NCBI GenBank assembly: GCA_951406725.2
Contig: OX597839.1
Coordinates: 23,188,001 to 23,252,000 of the forward strand
Reading direction: 5' to 3'
Length of the DNA: 64,000 nt
Source of the DNA: Octopus vulgaris
Lineage: Eukaryota
The notes under the pieces were generated by a model. The model made no database searches, had not been told where the DNA came from, and saw only the letters and a program-made list of their open reading frames with translations. The first letter of the stretch is position 1. The number at the start of each line of letters is the position of its first letter. Both the position numbers and the translations under genes were made by a program. This document shows positions 55,201-64,000 of this stretch, piece after piece.

Positions 55201-55721
55201 ATAATTTATATAACATTTTGGAATTTCAAAATTATTTCACAAAATTCTTTTTGAATTTTCAAATAAAAACAGGGATTTTATAGAGTGATAAAAGGAGATG
55301 CGTAATTGAATTGAAGTCACAATAAACACTAAGGAATGATTTAACCCTTTTCTTACCGTATTTCTGGTGACACACAGTGTTGGTTTCAATTAATTTTGAT
55401 AATGATGAAAGAATTTAGTAAAATAAATTGTTATTAAGTTGAAGGAAAGCGGCAAAATGGCAGAATCGTTAAGATGCTGGGTGAAATGCTCCATGGCATT
55501 TTGTCCTTCTTTATGTTCCGAGTTGAAATTCCACCAGGGCCCACTTTGCCTTTTATCTTCTCAGGGGCAATAAAATAAGTAGCAGTTAACCACTGGGGTC
55601 GATTTAATCAGCTTATCCATGGCCCCAATCCTGCTGGCCTTCAGTCAAAATTTTAAACCGTTATTAAGCTGAAGTTTGGAACCTAAGTTCTCATAAAATT
55701 TAGATGAAAGTTTAGAGAGTA

Positions 55722-56234
55722 CTAGCAGTATCGCCCAGCGTTGCTCGGGCTTGTAAGGGAAATAACTATATAAGCATTTTTAGAGAGTTACTTCCCTTAT
55801 GGATGCCAATTCGGGCTTTCTTAGCCATTTCTGTTTTGGTGTCTTCAAGCCATGAAGTCGTTGTTCTAAAAGAACACTGGTCTCCTTGACAACGCTTTAC
55901 GACGTTGATTTCCTTACACTCCCTTCCCCACAGCTTCACGAGGGAGGGAAGAAGGGGGAGAAGCAAACAGGTGCAGGTGTGACCATGGATGCCAACTCTG
56001 CCGCCATCGACACACGAAAAAATGTGCATTAAAATGGAATAAAAAATGATGTTAAATTATTTTTAAAATCGTAGACTCATCATAGACGCGTGCTAATACT
56101 CAGACGGGCTCGATATGAATCACGACTATAAGATACCCGAATTTGGTTAAACTGCACCGCAAAATGTGGGAGTAGTTAGGAATCTAAATCGAAGGGGACA
56201 GACACTCACACAACTACAGTTTTATATATATAGA
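55722..56234 (-). mobile_element. Non-autonomous Helitron, subfamily B (inverted near-identical copy of 51767-52281)
   Basis: Reverse-complement match; both yield almost the same spurious ORF. Confidence 0.85.
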
Positions 56235-57664
56235 TATTGTGTTTCCATCGTTAGGTTGACGATGTGATGATTAGATGAGAAATAAACACTCAATAAACAG
56301 AACAGATTTTATTTTGTTGGAGATTCGTTGCAAGATGTTCTGGCATTCTGGCATGCACAGTTTAAGCAAAAACAGAGTGAATGAATATATCGTCAGATGG
56401 TACCTACTGTGAGAGAGGCACCACAACACCACGTGTAGGGTGCTGAGGTAAAGAGAGAGAGCTAACAGTCCTAGCTGGTTTGTCCCCTGCCTCTGCTTGA
56501 CAACCAGCGTTGGTGTGTCTATGTCCCTGTCACTTAGCACTCCAACAAAAAGGGACTGATAAAATAAGTACCAAGTTGAAAAAAATCAATAAATTCTGGG
56601 GTCAATTCATTCAACTAAAATTTCTCCAAGGCAGTGCTCCAGCATGGCCACAGTCCAATGAGCAAAACAAATGAAGGATAAAACATGAAACAGTTCAACG
56701 AGAAACAATTTCCCCAAAACATTAATCAAATTAACATTTGATAGTTTTCTCAAGCTTCTCGCTTATAACCGATTCCTGCACATTTTACACATTAAGAAAT
56801 ATTTAAAACATAAATTATTTCATTTTGGTGACTGTTTCTGAATGTATACCACAACCTAATCTGAATCACAGAACAATTTCGGTTTCAAATTTTGGCACAA
56901 AGCCATCAATTTTAGGTGGAAGGGAATAGTCAATTACTAATATGTGGTGGGGTACTGAAAAGTGGTTGGCTTTGGGTAAAAGAAACTACAGGATGAGGAT
57001 CAGTTAATTATGATTTTGTTCAACATGCAGGTGGCACGTAAAAAGCACCCACTACACTCACGGAGTGGTTGGCGTTAGGAAGGGCATCCAGCCGTAGAAA
57101 CACTGCCAGATTTGACTGGGCCTGATGAAGCCTTCTGGCTTCACAGACCCCAGTAGAACCGTCCAACCCATGCTAGCATGGAAAACGGACGCTAAACGAT
57201 GATGATGATGATGATGATGATTCCCTCTTCAGATTCACACACTTATTGCAGCAGCCCTTCAACTTTTCTAAGCCCTGTAAAAGAACTCAGAAGGTTGAGA
57301 GCCTTTTGTGCTGAGCTTCAAGCCAGGAACTTTTCAGCATCCCCTCATAACCACTATAGCAGGCATAAACACACCATGGCACATGGCCACATGTGGACTT
57401 TTCTGACTGTTTGTATAGCACACATGGTTACATGATTATATCCTTTATCTTCTACTTGTTCCAGTCACTGGACCGAGGTCATGCTGGGGCAACCCCTTGA
57501 ATGGTTCCAGCTGAATGAATCAACCCAAGGACTTTTTTTGTTTTTAAATCTGGTGCTTATACTGTTGGTCTCTTTTCCCAAACTGCTAAGTCGCAGGGAC
57601 ATAAACAAACCAACACTGGCTGTCTAGCAGTGGTGATGGTAGACAAACACAAAAAAACACAGAC

Positions 57665-57698
<34 letters not shown>

Positions 57699-57723
57699 CA
57701 GAGGTATCAAGCTGTTGGATTAG

Positions 57724-59121
57724 GTGATGAAGGTTACAGAGAGGATCATAAGCCAACTAATTAGAGAGAGAGTTAGTTTAGATGATATGCAGTTTGGTTT
57801 CGTGCCAGGGAAAAGTACCACTGATGCTATATTCCTGGTAAGGCAGCTGCAGGAGAAATACCTAGCCAAAGATAAGCCCCTGTACCTGGCTTTTGTTGAC
57901 ATGGAGAAAGCCTTCGACAGGGTCCCCCGATCCCTCATATGGTGGTCAATGAGGAAACTAGGAATAGATGAATGGTTAGTGAGAGCTGTGCAAGCCATGT
58001 ACAGGGACGCTGCTAGTAAGGTGAGGGTTGGCAATGAGTACAGTGAAGAATTCCGGGTAGAGGTAGGGGTCCACCAAAGCTCAGTCCTCAGCCCCCTCCT
58101 ATTTATCATAGTCCTCCAGGCAATAACGGAGGAATTCAAGACAGGATGCCCCTGGGAGCTCCTCTATGCTGATGACCTTGCTCTAATTGCTGAGTCATTA
58201 TCAGAACTGGAGAAGAAGTTTCAGGTGTGGAAGCATGGTTTAGAATCGAAGGGCCTTAGAGTCAACCTAGCTAAAACCAAAGTCCTAATAAGTAGGAAGG
58301 TAGACAAATCACAAACGCCTTCAGGTAGATGGCCCTGCTCGATCTGTAGAAAAGGTGTAGGTAGAAACTCTATAAGATGCACCAAGTGTAAGCTATGGAC
58401 ACATAAGAGGTGCAGCAATGTCATAGGAAGGCTAACTAGGAAGATGGTTTTTGTATGTGGCAGATGCTCGGGAGCATTAACCTCTGAAAATCTGCAGAAA
58501 ACAACTTCCGTCACTTTCCAGGGGGAAAAACTAGAAGTAGTTGATAGCTTCCGTTATCTTGGTGACCAAGTCAGTAGTGGGGGTGGGTGTGCTGAAAGTG
58601 TAACGGCTAGAGTAAGAATAGCCTGGGCAAAGTTTAGGGAGCTCTTACCTCTGTTGGTGACTAAAGGCCTCTCGCTCAGAGTAAAAGGCAGACTGTATGA
58701 TGCATGTGTACGAACAGCCATGCTACATGGCAGTGAAACATGGGCCGTGACTGCTGAGGACATGCGTAAGCTCGCAAGAAATGAAGCTAGTATGCTCCGT
58801 TGGATGTGTAATGTCAGTGTTCATAGTCGACAGAGTGTAAGTACCTTGAGAGAAAAGTTGGACCTAAGAGGCATCAGATGTTGTGTGCAAGAGAGACGAT
58901 TGCGCTGGTATGGTCATGTGGTGGAAATGGATGAAGATAGGTGTGTGAAAAAGTGCCACACCCTGGCAGTTGAGGGGACCTGTGGAAGAGGTAGACCCAG
59001 GAAAACCTGGGTCGAGGTGGTGAAGCACGACCTTCGAACTCTAGGTCTCACCAAGGAAATGACCAGAGACCGAGACCTATGGAAGTATGCTGTGCGTGAG
59101 AAGACCCGGCAAGACCAGTGA
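57724..59121 (+). CDS. RTE LINE reverse transcriptase (N-terminally truncated, no APE domain) with an inserted PHD finger; probably non-functional
   Basis: Motifs QFGF.PGKSTTDAIF, AFVDMEKAFDRV, GVHQ(S)SVLSPLLF, YADD, FRYLG, RLRWYGHV, GRGRPRKTW; in-frame TAG immediately upstream. Confidence 0.9.
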   Translation: MMKVTERIISQLIRERVSLDDMQFGFVPGKSTTDAIFLVRQLQEKYLAKDKPLYLAFVDMEKAFDRVPRSLIWWSMRKLGIDEWLVRAVQAMYRDAASKVRVGNEYSEEFRVEVGVHQSSVLSPLLFIIVLQAITEEFKTGCPWELLYADDLALIAESLSELEKKFQVWKHGLESKGLRVNLAKTKVLISRKVDKSQTPSGRWPCSICRKGVGRNSIRCTKCKLWTHKRCSNVIGRLTRKMVFVCGRCSGALTSENLQKTTSVTFQGEKLEVVDSFRYLGDQVSSGGGCAESVTARVRIAWAKFRELLPLLVTKGLSLRVKGRLYDACVRTAMLHGSETWAVTAEDMRKLARNEASMLRWMCNVSVHSRQSVSTLREKLDLRGIRCCVQERRLRWYGHVVEMDEDRCVKKCHTLAVEGTCGRGRPRKTWVEVVKHDLRTLGLTKEMTRDRDLWKYAVREKTRQDQ

Positions 59122-59166
59122 GAACAATCAAAATCAAATCATATATCAGAAAGCAGGGGTTAAGTG

Positions 59167-59782
59167 ACCATCCATTCGTGTCCGCTGTCAGCCTCGTCTG
59201 GCACCCGTGCCGATGATACGTAAAAGCACCATTCGCTCGTGGCCGTTTGCCAGCTCTGCCTGGCCCCCGTGTCGGTGGTACGTAAAAGCACCATCCGTTC
59301 GTGTTTGTTGCCAGCCTCGCCTGGCCCCATGCCGGTGACACATAAAAGCACCGTCCGTTCGTGGCCGTTTGCCAGCTCTGTCTGGCCCCGTGTCGGTGGC
59401 ACGTAAAAGCACCATCCGTTCGTGTCCGTTGCCAGCCTTGGCTGGCCCCCGTGCCGGTGACACGTAAAAGCACCGTCCGTTCGTGGCCGTTTGCCAACTC
59501 TGTCTGGCAACCGTGTTGGTGGCACGTAAAAGCACCATCCGTTTGCGTCCGTTGCCAGCCTCGGCTGGCCCCCGTGCCGGTGACACATAAAAGCACCATC
59601 CGTTCGTAACCGTTTGCCAGCTCTGTCTGGCCCCGTGTCGGTGGCACGTAAAAGCACCATCCGTTCATGTCCATTGCCAGCTTCGCCTGGCCCCGTGCCG
59701 GTGACACGTAAAAGCACCATCCGTTCGTGGCCGTTCTCCAGCTCTGTCTGGCACCTGTGCAGGTGGCACGTAAAAAACACCC
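59167..59782 (+). repeat. ~10 x ~61-bp tandem array in the RTE 3'UTR
   Basis: Recurring CGTGYCGGTGRCACGTAAAAGCACC...CCGTTCGTG; two alternating unit variants. Confidence 0.9.
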
Positions 59783-59897
59783 ACTACACTCGCAGAGTGG
59801 TTGGCGTTAGGAAGGGCATCCAGACCCCAGTTGACCCGTCCAACCCATGCTAGCATGGAAAGCAGACGCTAAATGATGATGATGTATATATATATAT

Positions 59898-60184
59898 CAC
59901 CGTGACTGACCATGCAATCAGATGTTGCTACACATCGCTGGTCACAATGCGCTTCGCATTGTTTTAGCCTTCAAATGACACCACCCCGCTGGCTAAGTGA
60001 GTAGGCCAACAGAAGAAAGAGTGAGAGAAAGAGTACAGCAGGTATCGCCACTAACCCCTGCTGGAGCCTTGTGGAGCTTTAGGTGTTTTCGCTCAATAAA
60101 CACTCACAACGCCCGGTCCGGGAATCGAAACCGCAATCCTACAACCGCGAGTCCGCTGCCCTAACCACTGGGCTATTGCACCTC

Positions 60185-60186
<2 letters not shown>
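59898..60186 (-). mobile_element. SINE with the family B head but a different 3' tail
   Basis: The 5' ~160 nt match 12840-13005; the tail is unrelated to 12625-12820. Confidence 0.8.
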
Positions 60187-60211
<25 letters not shown>

Positions 60212-60216
<5 letters not shown>

Positions 60217-60304
60217 GAACACTTGACGAATTTGTGTGCCATCCTTGTGCAGGGGCCATACTAATCTTCTCTGTACCGTTTCGGTTTTAGTCTATGTACT
60301 GCTG
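60212..60304 (-). pseudogene. U6: U6 snRNA pseudogene
   Basis: Minus strand GCAGTACATAGACTAAAACCGAAACGGTACAGAGAAGATTAGTATGGCCCCTGCACAAGGATGGCACACAAATTCGTCAAGTGTTCATATT aligns to metazoan U6. The ACAGAGA box is intact, the AGC triad reads AGT, CpGs have decayed and the 5' end is missing. Confidence 0.88.
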
Positions 60305-60625
60305 GTTTCTCCTCAGCCTGAGCAGATAAATATATAGGTAGGGGTGGCTATGTGGTAAGTAGCTTGCTTCCCAACCACATGGGTCTGGGTTCAGTCCCAC
60401 TGCATGGCACCTTGGACAAGTGTCTTCCACAATTGAAAAGGTTGCAAGATGCAACGGAAATTTTAGGAAAATAAAAATAAGAAATAAGTGGAAATTTTAC
60501 CGGTGAGTGTGTTAAATTATAAGGCGCAAAAAGAAAATTACTCAACCCAGACACAACAGAACAAAGTGATAATAGTTATATATATATATATGTGTGTGTG
60601 TGTGTATGTATGTATATGTATATAT

Positions 60626-60842
60626 ATTTCTTTACTGTCCACAAGGGGCTAAACATAGAGGGGACAAACAAGGACGGTCAAAAGGATTAAGTCGATTACA
60701 TCAACCCCAGTGCGAAACTGGTACTTTATTTATCGACCCCGAAAGTCGACCTCGGCGGAATTTGAACTCAGAACGTTACGGCAGACGAAATACCGCTAAG
60801 CATTTCGCCCGGCGTGCTAACGTTTCTGCCAGCTCGCCGCCT
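60626..60842 (-). mobile_element. SINE family C copy
   Basis: Matches 26079-26307. Confidence 0.8.
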
Positions 60843-61764
60843 TGTATACATACATGTAATATGTATATATATGATCAGCTGCTTTCAGTTTCTGTGTACT
60901 AAATCCCACTCATGGGGTTTTGGTTGGCATGCAGCTATAAAAGAGGACAATTGCCCAAGGTGCCATGCAGCAGGGCTGAACCTAAGACCTCATGGTTGGG
61001 TTACAAACTTCTTACCACACGGCCACATAACATTTTACTAAAGATTAGGAACATAATCTTTAACTCCAATTTTGTTTGTTGGAAGAATAATTCCCTCTCT
61101 CCCCCTCCCTTTCTCTCTCTCCGTCACGTGTGCCATAGGACGTTTATGCCTGCTATGGTGATTACATTCTTCACATTTTCATTTCTTTGCAGTTATTGTT
61201 TTCTCGTAGTTTGGCTCCAACCAAAATTCGAAACAAATAAACAAACAAAGAAAAACCAAGCTATAATGTTACCATATTCATTTCTATATTTTGTTAAACC
61301 ATATAAATGGCTTTTATGTTAATTCTGTGTCGGAGGAAGCGAGGCTCAGAGGTCGATGTGTACTTCCGGTCGTGTACAATAAACTATTAAAGCATGACGG
61401 TTGTTGGTCGATGAAGTAGTACAAGAGCAAATTAAACACGTTACAACATGGACTTTTGTCTCAGGCTCCCAACCTGAAATTATGCTGACGAGGCACAGCA
61501 ATTTACTGGCTGTCGATTGTTGTTGAGCTTCCTTTAAATTACGTTATAACAGGGTACTGAAATACCACCATGCCTTTCCTGTGAGGTTTACCAAAGGACT
61601 AAACACCCCAGTTCATATAAGGGGAACCCAGGAGAACAACACATCAGAAACTGCCAAAAAATGAGTATATAAATATATATATATATATATATATAGTTAA
61701 TCCAAACATGAAAACACAAAGAGAAAACTCAACAATGCGAGGATGTGGAACAAGTATAGTGTTA

Positions 61765-62150
61765 CTAGCAGTATCGCCCGGCGTTGCTCAGGTTTGTAAG
61801 GGAAATAACTATAAAGCATTTTTAGAGAGTTATAGCCAAAAAATAGCAAAAAAATGGGGAAAAAAATTATGGTAAATTTTTTTTTGATAGTTAAAAAGGT
61901 CGAGTTGCGTCCCCTAGACCATCTGTGGTTTGTGTTTCTGATTCTCGACCCCATGTCGAATTTATCGATCTTTTTCAGAACTGGGGGAACTTTTCAAAAT
62001 TTTCGCTGCGTTAGTTTTGAATTATGACATTGGGCTATGTGTGTGTCAAGTTTCATCAGAATCGGTTGAAAGCCGTGGTCAGGGTGAGGGTACAACCTGA
62101 CAGACACACAGACACGCACACAGACAAACTGCCATTTATATAGAGAGAGA
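61765..62150 (-). mobile_element. Non-autonomous Helitron, subfamily A, inserted into a hammerhead-bearing repeat
   Basis: CTAG/TC termini; flanks rejoin at an A|T site as ...AGTGTTA|TTGGACACTCAGG. Confidence 0.85.
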
Positions 62151-62182
62151 TTGGACACTCAGGAAAGAAGGAAAGAAGGAGG

Positions 62183-62217
62183 GTTTAACGTTTCGAGCAG
62201 AGCTCTTCGTCAGAAAC
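62183..62217 (-). ncRNA. Minimal type I hammerhead ribozyme (Penelope-type)
   Basis: GTTT-CTGACGA-A-GAGC(tct)GCTC-GAAA-CG-TT-AAAC; intact core, palindromic ACGT stem III. Confidence 0.7.
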
Positions 62218-62344
62218 ATAGAAAAAGGAAAGGTCCAGAGAAGGGAAGATGGAGAAAGAAAATCGCCAATGATACACACATGGTCACATATATATATTAT
62301 AGGTGCAGGCGTAGCTGTGTGGTAAGAAGCTTGCTTCCCAACCA

Positions 62345-63095
62345 CATGGTACTTATTTTATCAACCCCCTAGAGGGATGAAAGACAAAGTGAACATTGAT
62401 GGAATTTGAACTCAGAATGTAAAGATGGATGCAAGGCCACTAAGCATCTTACCTGGTGAACTAACGTTTCTACCAGCTCGCTGCTGTTCTCTCTAAGAAT
62501 AATAATCCTTTCTGCTAAAGGCACAAGGCCAGCAGTTTTGTGGGAGGGGGCTAAGGCAATTACATCGACCCCAGTGCATAACTGGTACTTATTTAATCAA
62601 CGCCGGAAAGATGAAAAGCAAAGACAACCTTGAAAGCATTTGAACTCAGAGCGTAAAGACAGATGAAATACCTATTTCTTTACTACTCACAAGGGGCTAA
62701 ACACAAAGGGGACAAACAAGGTCAGAAAACGGATTAAGTCGATTATATCGACCCCAGTGTGTAACTGGTACTTATTGAATTGACCCCGAAAGGATGAAAG
62801 GCAAAGTCAACCTCGGCGGAATTTAAACTCAGAACATAACAGCAGACGAAATACCAATTTCCTATTTCTTTATTACCCACAAGGGGCTAAACATAGAGGG
62901 GACAAACAAGGACAAACATAGGTATTAAGTCGATTACATCGACCCCAGTGTGTAACTGGTACTTAATTTATCAACCCCGAAAGGGTGAAAGGCAAAGTCG
63001 ACCTCGGTGGAATTTGAACTCAGAACGTAACAGCAGACGAAATACCGCTAAGCATTTCACCCAGCGTGCAAACGATTCTGCTAGCTCACTGCCCT
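62345..63095 (-). mobile_element. Tandem cluster of SINE family C units
   Basis: Four successive partial or complete copies of the core. Confidence 0.8.
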
Positions 63096-64000
63096 TCTCT
63101 CTATGAATAATAATACTGCATTAATTAGTTTGGATGGAAGCATGTCTATCTCTGGGGCTCGGCCAAACATTGTGGCAACTTTAACTGATCAGGATACTAA
63201 CTGGAGGAAAGCCAATGTAATTTGATTAAAAAAAATTACCTTTTAGCATGCATTAAATGGTTTGAGCCAGTGGAAGAAGGAAGAAGAAGAAGAATATAAA
63301 AACAATATCCATAAAAACAGCGCCGCCATACAAATGATATCACATTCTCTAACATGCTTCTCAATGCAAATGAGTGATTTGGTTTTAAATTTTGATAAGC
63401 TGTATGTGACCTGAAATTTTGGACTTGTTTCAAGAGATAAAGGAAGGATCAATAGAAGAGCATTCCTTGAGGCAAGCCCAGATAACATGTAGTTCTTCAG
63501 TGCTTACCATATTCCAATAGATTTTTGATTATTTCAGTCAATGGTATTCTCTGTCATCTGCCAAATGATGCGAATATACTGCAGCATAGAAATGTGTGTG
63601 TGTGTGTGTGTGTGTGTGATGCACAGGAGTGGCAGTGTGGTAAGAAGCTTGCTTCCCAACCACATGGTTCCGGGTTCAGTCCCATTGTGTAGCACCTTGG
63701 GCAAGTAAGTGTCTTCTACAAAAGCCTTGGGGCTATGAGTTATTCTATTCAACACTCAGACGACTCAAACAATACACTGTTTTCTTTTTTTAAAACACAG
63801 TTGGGTGTAACAAAGTGCAAATTAGGCTGTTATTTTTAGCACACCACACAACCATGTGCAGGCTTTAGGTATGAAACTAGAGTTCTTTATAATCCATTAT
63901 AATCCATAAATACATCTTGTTAATCCATCTTTGAAGAATTATTATTGAGGTTACTGAAACAGGAATAAATTAGTCTGTTTCAAATTATGTGTGTGTATAT

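Larger units (their letters stand above)
57697..59884 (+). mobile_element. 5'-truncated RTE-clade LINE
   Basis: RT region starts at YRGIKLLD* directly after (TA)n; 3'UTR tandem array; CCATGCTAGCATGG hairpin; (GAT)n tail. Confidence 0.92.

Noticed and set aside
59167-59782. CRISPR-like regular array next to an RT ORF
   Set aside because: Whole units repeat with no unique spacers, there are no cas genes, and the context is a eukaryotic LINE 3'UTR.
61195-61470. Possible LTR end (AATAAA...TTACAACA|TGG)
   Set aside because: No second LTR, matching TG start, TSD or gag/pol remnant could be identified.

Overview
This is AT-rich eukaryotic intronic or intergenic DNA, packed with microsatellites and transposons. 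No host protein-coding gene could be recognised, and nearly all ORFs in the track are microsatellite or repeat artefacts. The repeat complement resembles an octopod cephalopod genome, but that is an inference. The window contains: several tRNA-derived SINE families with shuffled head, core and tail modules; a 5'-truncated RTE-clade LINE (57.7-59.9 kb) whose RT carries an in-frame PHD finger and whose 3'UTR carries a ~10-unit tandem array; many RTE 3'-end fragments; an older nested RTE copy; R4/Dong-like and CR1-like LINE remnants; non-autonomous Helitrons (TC...CTAG); TTAA-flanked piggyBac-like, hAT-like and Tigger-like MITEs; and a U6 snRNA pseudogene. The most notable signal is a set of about 8-10 type I hammerhead-ribozyme motifs from several unrelated short repeat families. 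They mostly sit in (TA)n/(TG)n tracts and often form perfect or near-perfect palindromes, consistent with Penelope-like terminal repeats or retrozyme-like elements.
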